Part shown: positions 13,027 through 25,052 of the stretch, piece by piece | How the letters are laid out: each line of letters opens with the position of its first letter | Position numbering within the stretch: the stretch's first letter is position 1 | DNA from: Octopus sinensis | Taxonomy: Eukaryota | Length of the DNA: 64,000 nucleotides | Direction: 5' to 3' | Assembly: GCF_006345805.1 (NCBI RefSeq) | Contig: NC_043007.1 | Coordinates: 72,664,001-72,728,000 of the forward strand | Notes under the pieces: generated by a model | Seen by the model: the letters and a program-made list of their open reading frames with translations, nothing else | Databases searched by the model: none | Told to the model about the DNA's origin: nothing | Made by a program: the position numbers and the translations under genes

Positions 13027-13285
13027 TTTACTTGTTTCAGTCATTTGACTGTGGCCATGCTGGAGCACTGCCATTTAGTTGAAGAAATCAACCCCTGGAC
13101 TTATTCCTTGTGAGCCTGGTGCTTATTCTATCAGTCCCTTCTTCTGAACAGCTAAGTTATGGGGACACAAACACACCATCAGCTGTCAAGTGATGGTAGT
13201 AGGGGGGACAGACACAAACACACACATGAATATATATATATATATATATGACGGGCTTCTTTCAGTTTCCACCAACCAAATCCAT
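13027..13285 (-). mobile_element. SINE family A, 3' part
   Basis: Reverse complement of the family A tail (tttacttgtttcagtcatttgactg). Confidence 0.8.
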
Positions 13286-13498
13286 TCTTTAAAGTATAAA
13301 GTTGAATTATGTGTAGCTGCCTGTTGGCAACCCCCACCCATTTTGTAGGTGATGTTACCCATTTTTCTGGGCTCTTTTCACAGCTGTACCTCGTTGAAAG
13401 TTTGCATAAGTTTTTGTATGAAAAAAAAAAAGGAAGGGAAGGGAGCTTGTTTGAAGTTTGTTGAGAAAACATTAAATATGCCTGAAGAAATAAACATG

Positions 13499-13659
13499 GT
13501 GCAGGAGTGGCTGTGTGGTAAGTAGCTTGCTTACCAACCACATGGTTCCGGGTTCAGTCCCACTGCGTGGCATCTTGGGCAAGTGTCTTCTACTATAGCC
13601 TCGGGCCGACCAAAGCCTTGTGAGTGGATTTGGTAGACGGAAACTGAAAGAAGCCTGTC

Positions 13660-13711
<52 letters not shown>

Positions 13712-13918
13712 ATGTTTGTGTGTCTGTGTTTGTCCCCCTAGCATTGCTTGACAACCTATGCTGGTGTGTTTACGTTGCCGTCACTTAGCGGTTCGGCAAA
13801 AGAGACTGATAGAATAAGTACTGGGCTTACAAAGAATAAGTCCCAGGGTCGATTTGCTCGACTAAAGGCGGTGCTCCAGCATGGCCACAGTCAAATGACT
13901 GAAACAAGTAAAAGAGTA
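13499..13918 (+). mobile_element. SINE family A, full length
   Basis: A/B boxes, core, internal microsatellite and 3' stem-loop. Confidence 0.9.
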
Positions 13919-14562
13919 TGGTTTTTCCTCCCCAACTAAAAGACATGAACTATCAAAGAAAGCGAATAAGTACCAGGGGTGGGGGAAAGAAGAGTGAACA
14001 CTCAATCATTCTAGAACTCCCAGAATGAAAACGAACACCTGAAAGACTTACCCCCTATTCATTACTAAATGTCTTTCCATCTCCTTCAATGTTAAGTAAA
14101 GAAGCTAATTGACTGATGGGCCAGCCTTGTCACATTCTGTGTGAGGCTGAATCTCCCTGAGAACTACGTTATGGTATGCATATCTGGAGTACTCTGCCAC
14201 TCGCGCATTAATATTATGAGCAGTCTGTTCCATTGATGAAATAAACAGGAACCTTGTCGTTGTAACTGGAGTGCCATTTTTTTAAATGAGTGAAAGAAAA
14301 GGAAATGTTCCATATCATAAGGTAAAAATGACAAAATAATTACTATTCCATCGTTTATTGACTTTGTCCTCAACTCATGCTCAGTTTGATAACAACAGCC
14401 TGTGCATCAGTGTTCATCTGGGGGCTTGGCCTCCACAGCTGTAAGATCCACAAATGCTGCTGTTAGGACCAGATTAACACCCATAATGACCCTAACAACT
14501 AAAAAGATTTTTCTGCCCCTATATAGGATGTTTTTTTCATTTTCTTCCAACCACTTTATCTT

Positions 14563-14880
14563 AGTTAGTTAGTTAGTTAATTTGGCTCAAAAGCAAATAG
14601 CAAGGCCATGTAGGGGGACATGGAGTTAAGTACAGGGTGGTGTTCATGTAAAGAGTTCAGGCCACTTGAGGTCCAGGGAGGCTTTGAACAAAGCAGTCGT
14701 CGGCATCTTCACCATCTCGTCTGGCAGCTTGTTCCACGGATCCGCAACCCGGACGGAGAAAGCTCCTCTCCTTCGATTGAGATGAAATCGTCGCAGGTAG
14801 AGCTTTTCGGAATGACCCCGCAGCCGACGCTCCGGAGCAGGAGTGAAGAACAGCTTGCCCCAGTCCACTCAGCTGGCCAA
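14563..14880 (-). mobile_element. CR1/L2-like LINE 3' end (second family)
   Basis: LRGHSEKLYLRRFHLNRRRGAFSVRVADPWNKLP and a (TAAC)n tail; another copy lies at 34600-34815. Confidence 0.8.
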
Positions 14881-15419
14881 AATGAGTTGTAGCTGTAATT
14901 CAAAGGGGCCAGCTTTGTCATATTCTGTGTGACGCTGAATCTCTATGAGAACTACGTTAATGGTATGCATGTCTGTGGAGTACTCAACCAGTTGCGAGTT
15001 AATTTTATCCTCGTGGTAATGAGAAGTGTAAATGACATCCAATATTTGCTGTAGTTATTTATCTTTCATGTAACAATGTGTCTATATATCACCCTTTCTT
15101 TCGATCTATGTATTTAACACAAAAGGAATGCCGTCACCACTCATTGTCTCTTTTTCTCTCTCACTTCTTCTCTCTCGCTTTGTCACTCACTTCAAATATA
15201 CCTCCTCTGCTTAACACTTTTTATTTCTCTTTTTCTGTGACACACACCACAGGTACGTACAAAAACAAAAAGTTGTATTAATGTTAACGATGATGATGAT
15301 AAGAATACAGTCTATTGTTGCCTCGGTAATATAGGGACGCAGATATTAAACCACAATAAGAGAATTGCACACACCAACAATTTAAACCTGACCCAACAAA
15401 ACTGCGACCAGTTTCTACT

Positions 15420-15968
15420 ATCATAATGCCCACTAAGATATGTGCTGCTCCAAAAAAGCTTGTCTATAGGGCTAAAGTTTGAAACCACAATGTTACCTTA
15501 AAATTGTATATAGGACTCATAGAAAACATCTTTAAAGTCTATTTCATGCAACACCTTTATACAATCCATAACAATACTAGAAGGAATTCTACATCATTTA
15601 TATTGCTCAGGTTTGTAAGGGAAATAACTATAAAGCATTTTTAGAGAGTTATAGCCAAAAAACAGCAAAAATATGGAAAAAAATGATGGTAAATTTTTTT
15701 TGATAGTTAAAAAAGGTGGAGTTGCGTCCCCTAGACAGTCTGTGGTTTGTGTTCCTGATTCTCGACCCCATGTCGAATTTATCGATTTTTTTCAGAACTG
15801 GGGGAACTTTTCAAAATTTTCGCTGCGTTAGTTTTGAATTATGACATTGGGCTACGTGTGTGTCAAGTTTCATCAGAATCGGTTGAAAGCCGTGGTCAGG
15901 GTGAGGGTACAAGCAAACAGACACACAGAAACACGCACAGACAAACTGCCGTTTATATAGAGAGAGAT
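15420..15968 (-). mobile_element. Non-autonomous Helitron-like element (partial)
   Basis: Shares internal blocks and the cagacaaactgccgtttatat terminus with 15977-17115. Confidence 0.6.
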
Positions 15969-15976
15969 ATATATAC

Positions 15977-17115
15977 TAGCAGCATAGCCCGGCGTTGCTC
16001 GGGTATGTAAGAGCCCCTAGTAGGCAACAACTAATCCCAATCTAGTCCTTTCCCTCTAGGGAACGAAGGCGCATGTGTAGGTTGCAATGTCTTCTCTTCA
16101 CTCCCAAATAACTATCAAACAGCTATCGATAATTCAACCAACCAATTCCTACCAGGAAGAAATTACATTTGTGACTTTACCCCCAACACCGCCACTTCTG
16201 CTAATAGCTGCTGCAGCCGCAAGTTATTTGAATACTTTTTTTGTTTAAACTTTCTTTATAACTACCACCCCAAACCTTAAATTTCTGACGTACCCTAAGG
16301 GTCCTCGGACGCTACTTGCAAACTCTTGGTTTATTATAAACCGCTTTTGTCGTGTGCACCAAAAAACCTTTTCCATTCGTTTGTTCAGTTTAATCACTTT
16401 TGACTTTTTCGTTGTTGTCACTCACATTGCTGCCCGCTTTTTTGCTGTTTTTGTACATTTTTATACATTTTGGGATACTTACCCGACGTGTTCCAAGAGT
16501 TAAAAAGGTCGAGTTGCGTTCCCTAGACAGTCTGTGGTTTGTGTTTAATACACAAATTGGTTTGCTATGTGTGCCACATATGATTTAATTAACCGATTTT
16601 TTCCAGTAATAAAGTATGCTATTGGAATAAAAAGGGCCATATAGTCCCTTGGTGCAAACATGATGCTTGCTGTGAATTTAAAAAAAAAATCCTGCCAATT
16701 TCTGAAAGATATTGTCGAAAATATGTCATCTTGAATTTGAACTCGAGTTCCCAAAATGGCATGATTTCATCGATTTTTTTTTATGGTAAGGTATTGCATG
16801 GAAAACTAATGTCAGAATTAAGTTTCTTAGGGTAACTTTAAGCTTCAACATGAGTTTGGTGAAAATCAATTGCAAGTTGCGAAAACTACAACAGAAAATG
16901 TGTTGCATATAAAAAGCTTAGATTCTTGACCTCATGTTGAATTTATCGATTTTTTTTCAGAACTGGGGGGACCTTTTCAAAGTTTTCGCTGCGTTAAATT
17001 TGAATTATGACATTGGGCTATGTGTGTGTCAAGTTTCATCAGAATCGGTTGAAAGCCATGGTCAGGATGAGGATACAACCTGACAGACACACAGACAGAC
17101 AAACTGCCGTTTATA
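15977..17115 (-). mobile_element. Non-autonomous Helitron
   Basis: CTAG end plus subterminal hairpin cccggcgttgctcggg; the same terminus as the helicase-bearing copy at 17907. Confidence 0.72.
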
Positions 17116-17129
17116 TCCGTCTACCAAAT

Positions 17130-17177
<48 letters not shown>

Positions 17178-17180
<3 letters not shown>

Positions 17181-17400
17181 CGTGTGTGTGTTTGTGTGTC
17201 TGTGTTTGTCCTCCCAACATCGCTTGACAACCGATGCTGGTGTGCTTATGTCCCCGTTACTTAGCGGTTCGGCAAAAGAGACCGATAGAATAAGTACTGG
17301 GCTTACAAAGAATAAGTCCTAGGGTCGATTTGCTTGACTAAAGGTGGTGCTCCAGCATGGCCGCAGTCAAATGACTGAAACAAGTAAAAGAGTAAAAGAG
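17178..17400 (+). mobile_element. SINE family A, 3' half
   Basis: Matches the family A body and tail. Confidence 0.82.
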
Positions 17401-17419
17401 GTTGATAGTTTCACTTAGT

Positions 17420-17900
17420 ATTTCAAATATTTCAGGTTTACAACCTCCTCCTCTGGAAATCTTTGGAGACAAGTTGTTTTTCACCAACTTCTCTGTCCAG
17501 TAGTGTGTGCATATTTGATAGACATTGCTATAGTAACAAATAAGCTGTATGCAACTTTGATCTGTTATTGATATGACATATGTATTTCTTAATTATAAAA
17601 AAGAGTTTTGTTTATTCTCAAACTCCCAGTGTTTTTCTTTCTGTAGCTTCAATGGGAATCTGGATGTCTTGGGTGTAGCATTTCTGTAAAGGTTTTTTTG
17701 ATGGGAGGTGCTTTAGCATTGTGGTGTCTTTTAATTCGTATATGTAATTGTCTGATTGTACTTCTATATAGAATTCATAACATTTGTTACACAGGATTTG
17801 ATTTTATATACCATGTAGAACTGCAGACATATATTTCCATTTTTGATCAGGCAGTTGGATAGTGTACATATGGTGTTGTTTTGTCTTGGCTTGTTTTTAG
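17420..17900 (-). mobile_element. Decayed Penelope-like GIY-YIG endonuclease region
   Basis: Across frameshifts: MVYKIKS-CNKCYEFYI-STIRQLHIRIKRH. Confidence 0.55.
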
Positions 17901-17906
17901 TTAGGA

Positions 17907-18752
17907 CTAGCAGAATTGCCCGGCGTTGCTCGGGGCTGAATTGCTTGAAAGTACTGTTAATGATTGCACTGAATTATGATGATTATTCAGGCAAATATTG
18001 ATATAAGCTTACGGTGGGAGATAAGGACTTAACGATCAAACGTGTGCCATTGCATTGTTTTGGGGGAACTCAAATTTCTGATGAGCATTATAGGAGCACC
18101 AACTTTAAGTTTGAGAAAGTGTGGTGGTAGTCCGGGGTGCTCAAAGGAATTGAGTACCTCTATTGGATAGTTGATGACGTCCTCTGGGTCAGGAGTTGTA
18201 TCGATAGACTGATATACATAGACTTCCCCAGGAATGAGTTTTAGCATTTCATCATTAATATGGTGAACAGTTTTATTCCTCGGGGCCAGTATAGCCTTTT
18301 TGCCAATCCAATCCATATTCTGATAATTAGCTTGTAGATCTGGAAACACTGCATCTCTGAGATCAGAAGGTGTCTTAACAATGGTACAAATGGAATCGAT
18401 GGCAATATTACCATTTTCATCCCTTGGTATTTTGCCTTCGCCAAGTGCAAGGAGGGTGTGAGGAAATGCTGCTGATGTGATATTACGTCGCATATGAGCA
18501 CGCATATTGGTGTGAAGTTTGAGAGTTACTTCCGTTTATTTTTAAAAATATGCATTAAAATGGAAAAAAATGATGGTAAATTATTTGTAAAATCATAGAC
18601 TCATCGTAGACGCGCGCTAATACCCAGAAGGGCTCGATATGAATCACGACTATAAGATACCCGTTTTGGTTAAACTGCATCGCAAAATGTGGGAGTAGTT
18701 AGGAATCTAAATCGGAGTAGACAGACACACAACCTTTCTTTTATATATAAAT
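17907..18752 (-). mobile_element. Helitron remnant carrying a PIF1-type helicase fragment
   Basis: ORF 18029-18505: KAILAPRNKTVHHIN...YPIEVLNSFEHPGLPPHFLKLKVGAPIMLIRNL; 3' hairpin and CTAG at 17907-17934. Confidence 0.88.
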
Positions 18753-19235
18753 ATTTTCGTCCTAAAAAACTTTGTATGGATTGAATGGTTACCTCTATGG
18801 AAATATATACATGCACATTATACATACATGTGTGTATAGATGAATATATAATACATTTAAATATCTATATACACTTTTGGGCGATCTTTCTGTTTCTTAG
18901 AGATAACTTTAGATCTTATTTTCGTGCTAAAAAACTTTGTATGGAGTGAATGGTTACCTCTATGGAAATATATACACACACGTTATACATACATGTGTGC
19001 ATAGATGAATATATAAATACATTTATATATCTATATACACTTTTGGGCGATCTCTGTGCTACTTAGAGATAACTTTAGATCTTATTTTCGTCCTAAAAAA
19101 CTTTGTGCGGAGTGAATGGTTACGTGTATGGAAATATATACACACACATTATACATACATCTGTGTATAGATGAATATATAAATACATTTAAATATCTAT
19201 ATACACTTTTGGCGATCTTTCTGCTACTTGGATAT
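18752..19235. repeat. Minisatellite, about 3 copies of a 165-166-bp unit
   Basis: Units begin tattttcgt(c/g)ctaaaaaactttg at 18752, 18917 and 19083. Confidence 0.9.
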
Positions 19236-19742
19236 AGGGGCGATGTTTCGCTTGTCGTAGCACACGTTTCCGTCGATTTCCGTAAAAAATGTAAACACTG
19301 AATCGGCCATACATACATACATACATACACACACACATACATACACACACACACACACATACATGCATACATACATATACACATAAACCGAGTAGAAAAT
19401 TTCAGTTATCTCTCTCTTTCACACATTACTCTCTCTGTCTCTTCACACACACTAACAGAAGCACTTCACTTACACAGCATGCTGTCTGTCTCCCACACTC
19501 CATCAAACACACACACACACACACATGTACATCAATGCGTCCCATGCACGGTAACTTCAAAAGAACTTCCCTCATCATACAATCGCTTTCTCTTAGTCTC
19601 TTTCGTTCTCATTACTTATGTAAAAAAATAAGTTTTTTACGGAAATCGACGGAAACCTGTGCTACGACAAGCGAAACATCGCCGATATAGGTCTTATATT
19701 CGTCCTAAAATACTTTCCTGTCACCCAGTCACGCACACGCAT

Positions 19743-19784
<42 letters not shown>

Positions 19785-20809
19785 CCTCACACACACACAC
19801 GCACACACACTCACACACACGCACGTTAGCTTACGATTTTATTTATATATTTGCGTGTCTATGTGTGTAAAGAGGAAGTGGCAGACTGAAAGAGTCACTC
19901 ACTACAAAAGGTGAATTACTTTCATTTTATTCCTTGCACACTGTGTGTGTGCGTGTGCGTGTGGTGTAAAACACATTAAGAAAAGCATTTGACATACACA
20001 CCAGAATGTGAGTTTTCTGTAAATTTTGCTTAATTGGAGTTTAAATTTTAAAAAGTGGACCTGGCAAAACCCGATGCATTCTACTCTTAAAAATGCTAAG
20101 TAAATTGTAATTGAAGAAATCCTATATTGTAGATTTCTATAACTGACAAAGGGAGGCAGATAAAATCTGCCTTTTATAATAAGAGATACTTCTGTGGGAA
20201 TGTCCAAAATGTGCCAGTTATATATTCAATCCCTCTTTATGATATATATATATATATATCACACCACACTACCATGTAGAATTGCTGTTTGTACACATGC
20301 ATCATACAATCTTCCTTTCACTCAGAGAGAGAGGGAGAGAAAGACCTTTGGTTGCCAACAGAGGTGAAAGCTATGAATTTTCTCCTTCTTATTATTTTAG
20401 CTATTACTAGCACTATGACTCGGCATTGCCAGGTCATAGTGCTAATGCATGCATATACAGCTGCGTGCATGTGACATACACGCGAGTGCTGTTCAAATCT
20501 CTGACCAATCACATACAGCTAGCTGGCATTCAATTGGCGTATCAAGTTTTGGGCATTTTTATTGGATTTTGGATAGAAAATTCACAAAAAAGTCACTTCT
20601 ATTGATTTTTTAATGGCTTCGTGGAGTGACTGGGGAAATGTAAAGATGTGCACGACCACCCTTGGACGGTTTTGAATGACCATAGAAAGTGCGAGCCCTC
20701 TAACTGAAAAATTTTGGATTTGTATAAAGGACACACACACAGACATTTTGCCGTTTATATATATAGAGATATTTTCTGTACATCCTTACCCATGACTAAT
20801 TTGCTCCCC

Positions 20810-21800
20810 TAGGTAGCAGAAATTAACCACAACTTCTAAACAGCCTCCAGGGCATTTGAGAAAATCAATTTCTCAGGTATCTGTAGTTGTTATGGCTTCT
20901 GGTCATCTTCCACATACAAACATTATTTTTTTCTGATAACCCTCCTATTATTTTACTGCACCTCATGTGTTTCTATAGCCTGCATTGAATGTACCACATG
21001 GAATTCCTGCCTACACCTTCCCTACAAATTGAGTAGGGCCACTTACCTGAAGTATGCAGGGTCCGGTTTGCTTTCTTGCTTACTAAAACCTTAGTCTTTG
21101 TCAGGTTAACCGTAAAGCCCTTAGATTCCAGGTGGTGCTTCCACACCCGGAATTTCTTTTCTAGCTTTAATACAGAATCTGCTGTGAGGCAAGATCCCAG
21201 GGACTGCCAGTCTTGAATTCCTCTGTTGTGGCCTGGAGGACAATCCTCAAAATGAGGACTGAGCCTTGATGAACACTAACCAGTGCACCAAATTCTTTAC
21301 TGTACTTGTTAACTCTCACCTTACTAACTGCATCTCTGTACAAGGCCTGTACAGCTTTGTCAAGCCACTTGTCCATCCCTAGCCTCTTCAGAGCCCACCA
21401 TATCACACAGGGGCGTACTCTATCAAAGGGTTTTCTCTAAATTAACAAAAGCTAAGTAGAACGGTTTAGTCTTAGCTAAGTACTTCTCTTGCAGTTGCCT
21501 GACAAGTGACCTTTGGTGATATGCTGTGCGTGAGAAGACTCATCAAGTCAAGTGAAATCATAGTCATGGTTGATGCCTGTCACATAACTGGCATGCATGC
21601 TGGTGACACATAGAAGCACCTGAGCTGGTGGCTTGTGAAAATCACCCATTACACTCTTGGAGTATAATGTGTTAGGAAGGGCATCTAGCTGTAGAAACCT
21701 TGTGAAATCAGAATGGAACCTGATGTAGATCTCTGGCTTACCAGTTCCAGTCAAACTATCTAACCCATGCCAGCATGGCAAGCAGATGCTAAATAATTAC
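20810..21800 (-). mobile_element. Decayed RTE LINE RT fragment with 3' UTR
   Basis: IWWALKRLG..WL..AVQALY..VSVHQGSVL..QATTEEFKTGSPW, homologous to the RTE copies at 25 and 42.8 kb. Confidence 0.75.
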
Positions 21801-21811
21801 AAAGATGATGA

Positions 21812-21886
<75 letters not shown>

Positions 21887-22079
21887 TGATAATAGTGCAT
21901 CTAATGATGTAATGTAATAGGTATATAAAATAAGTGCTCAGGTTAGTTTACCACTAAAACAAAAGTAGTGTTGTAGCTGCCAAGCAAGGAATGGCTTAGT
22001 GATTCATCATTAGAAAGAGAGAATGAACAGGCTAGAACAATTGCCCTTCACCTCTCAAATACTAACCCCACTACTCTTT

Positions 22080-22324
22080 TGTAGTACATTGGTGAAATGT
22101 TGCAAAATCATTATTATCCATCAGAGGTGTAAAATGCAGTATCTCAAGTGATTGTTTAATTCCTTTGTTAGATCCTCTTGTTATATCACTTTGGTTATGC
22201 ATTCTCATACTAAGTGAAATACTAAGAGGATCTAATGAAGGACTTATTTAAACTATCACCTGAGGAGGCATATTTTACACCTTGGATGGATGATAATGAT
22301 TACACATTTCATCAATGTACTACA
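22080..22324. repeat. Diverged palindrome (~110-bp arms, 20-nt loop)
   Basis: 22080-22191 aligns by eye to the reverse complement of 22212-22324, with scattered substitutions and indels. Confidence 0.8.
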
Positions 22325-22356
22325 AGTGTAAAAATGTGTCGAAACAATTGTAGTGA
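22256..22356 (+). ncRNA. Type I hammerhead ribozyme motif with long stem II
   Basis: UCAC-CUGAGGA-GGCAUAUUUUACAC...GUGUAAAAAUGUGUC-GAAA-CAAUUG-UA^-GUGA. Canonical G10.1-C11.1 pair, palindromic stem III, GUA site at 22350-22352. Confidence 0.75.
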
Positions 22357-22413
22357 ATGAAATGGAGATTGTTGTTCATTCCATTTTCTAATATTTACCT
22401 ACATACACACATA

Positions 22414-23902
22414 CACTGGCCAAAATAAGTTTAAGACCAATGATAACAGTTCTATTCCTTCATTAATATATTTTTAACAAAACTGTATAAAATTATTTTA
22501 CTTTTTACAATTTATGTAGAATTTTTTTCTCTTTCAAATGATATAGGCCTTATATATCTTTCTACAATTTGAATAATTTTAATTCACAATTAATTCAAAT
22601 TATTAAAATTGTCAGCAAAATAAGTTTAAGACAGTACCAACATTATTTTGTTTAAATTGAAAATTTATGGCACAAATAATCAACAAGCAAAAATTTATTA
22701 TTTGTATCTAGTTCCATAGCCATTATTTTCAATTACAGCCTTACATTGGTTGGGCATAGAATGCACCAAATGAGTGCAAAAATCACCACATTTCTTCAAT
22801 AAAATTATATAATTGGGACAAATTTGTTGGTTCTTTAACATGAACTCTTTTAGAAACAATTCCATAAATTTTCTATCAGATTCAAATCCGGGCTCAGTGG
22901 AGGCCACTTAATAACCACCATATTATTGCGCTCAAAATTGCAAAACTTTCCTAGCCTTATGAACGGGGCAATTATCCTGCTTGAAAATATATCCCGGTGG
23001 CTTTTGATTATTTAAATATGGCAGCACATTTTCATTTACTAATTACAGATGGCAAACTGAACAGTGTAGGCTATCAACCTTAACAATTAGACCAACACCT
23101 AAGCTGCTGAACTCTGCCCACACTATGACTCCCCAACTTCCTGCTTGCACTGTTTTCTTGGCACACTTTGGACGGCATCTAACATAAGTCTTTCAATTTG
23201 ATCCAAAGAAGCAGAAGCGGAATTTGTTGCACTAAAGAACTTTTGAGCAATCTGGCCAAACAGTACAAATTCTTTTAGGTGGTTTTTGGCAGTTTGTGGT
23301 GTAAAGCTGATGTCAGTTTCATCAGATAACTGCCTGCAAATGCCCACTGCTGTTAGCATTCGGTTACCTTCAAAGAGCCTATGAATTCGCCGATCCATCT
23401 GTACTGTTGTTTTCCTTGGAGCACTTGTTCTTTGCCAACCTTTGTATTGGTTAGTGGCTTGGTAAAGCTTCCATGCTTGAACACAAGCCATATTGCTGCA
23501 TCCTAATTGCTTGCTAATGTTTATGGAGGACACATTTTGCAGATGAAGCAAAATGATCTTTGATCTAGTAACTGGACTGATACAACAATGCTTTCCCATA
23601 GCGAATCAATATGTAACAATGCTCGACTATTATCAAAACAATGCAATATGACTAACCATATGACCACCTATTTGGATTATTAATTTGCATAATCTTGGTA
23701 TGGTCTTAAACTTATTTTGCCAACAATTTCTAATCATTTGAATTAATTGTGCATTAAAATTATTCAAATTGTATAAAGGTATATAACACCTGTATCATTT
23801 TAAAGAGAAACATTCTACATAAATTATAAAAAGTAAAATAGTTTTATAGTTTTGTTAAAAATATATTAATGAATGAATAGAATTGACTTATTTTGGCCCA
23901 TG
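22414..23902 (-). mobile_element. Tc1-like transposon with long IR/DR-type TIRs and an internally deleted transposase
   Basis: TIRs of ~200 bp carrying the inner and outer repeat CAAAATAAGTTTAAGAC, TA TSDs, an N-terminal HTH ORF (23123-23599) and a QDNCP/SPDLNPI-like C-terminal remnant. Confidence 0.82.
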
Positions 23903-24766
23903 TATTTATATATAAGAAAGTGTGAGTATATAAGCACTTATGTATGAATAGACTTTTATAAAAAATAGATCTTGAGGAAAAAGAAAATGAATACATGAAA
24001 CCAGTGACTCATGACCTACCTAACACTGACAAACATACAAGTCCATAAACATACATGTGAAGTATATATACACAAACTACACACTGACTATGCAGCACAT
24101 ATACACGAGCAGAAAAGAAAACAATTTCAAAAGGACACACACACACACATACCAAAGGCTAGATATTGAGGCAAAACATAAGGAATTTAGTATAGATATG
24201 GAACAGATGAAAGCTTGTTGTTAATGAAATATGCAGATGGCAACAAAACAATTGCGATGAGCCAACTGATTAATCAAACAACAGATCAATTAGTTAATTA
24301 TTTTAATGAGTTAACTTGTTGACTGATAATATTGAAAAGCAAAATATAACACCTGCCTGCCTGTGTATGTGTTTGCTTTATTGACAAAATAATTCCCCCC
24401 GCCCACCCAAGATCCCAAATCTTTTAAGACATTTGTAAGATCAAAAGATATAAAATAGAGAAATATTTTTCACCTAATTTCCACTGTTTGATATTTTAAA
24501 GAGTTCATGAAATATATTTTACAAAGTAACTTAAACGTCACAGCCATGGCTATAGGCAGGTGTAGTTTCATAGGTACAGATATGGCTGTGTAATGAGAGG
24601 TTTGCTTCCTAACCACATGGTCCTGGGTTTCGGGATGGAAACTGAAAGAAGCCCACCATATATGCATGCATGTGTGTGTCTTCAAGGAAAAGGACAACAA
24701 AAACGAAAGCAGGACAAGTATCTCAAGTCATTTATAATAATTCAACTAGGATAAGGTGAATTTGAA

Positions 24767-24842
24767 GTCTTACAGCTGTTTCTGGTGTATCCCAAGTGAT
24801 AGGCTAGCATATCTGTACACTGGGTATTCCGTCATCAGAGAC
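24767..24842 (-). ncRNA. Type I hammerhead ribozyme motif
   Basis: Minus strand GUCU-CUGAUGA-C-GG..CCCAGUG...CACUUGGG..CC-A-GAAA-CAGCUG-UA^-AGAC. Stem I GUCU/AGAC, stem III palindrome ACAGCUGU. Confidence 0.65.
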
Positions 24843-24919
24843 AAGGTGAGTATGTATGAAAGTTCTAAACAGGAAAATTCACAGATTATAAGGAATAAAT
24901 AGAAGAATAAAAGTAGATA

Positions 24920-25052
24920 GGTGCAGGAGTGGCTGTGTGGTAAGTAGCTTGCTTACCAACCACATGGTTCCGGGTTCAGTCCCACTGTGTGGCACCTTGG
25001 GCAAGTGTCTTCTACTTTAGCCTCGGGCTGACCAAAGCCTTGTGAGTGGATT
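24920..25052 (+). mobile_element. SINE family A head, truncated against an RTE fragment
   Basis: A/B boxes and core, ending at ttgtgagtggatt. Confidence 0.8.

Noticed and set aside
15180-15330. Possible splice site (pyrimidine tract, CACAG/GTACGT) as an upstream exon
   Set aside because: Ambiguous as donor or acceptor; the coding phase is incompatible with the downstream exon, and a UTR exon cannot be shown from sequence alone.
17410-17460. Hammerhead-like words after the decayed GIY-YIG region (minus strand CAGAGGA...GAAAT)
   Set aside because: The core is mutated and there is no stem III or cleavage triplet.
18752-19235. Regular repeats as a possible CRISPR-like array
   Set aside because: These are full-length tandem units with no unique spacers, in a eukaryotic context with no cas genes.
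20289-20474. ORF with a signal-peptide-like stretch (MNFLLLIILAITST) as first exon of the receptor
   Set aside because: It is the antisense reading of an RTE RT fragment homologous to 42260-42350.
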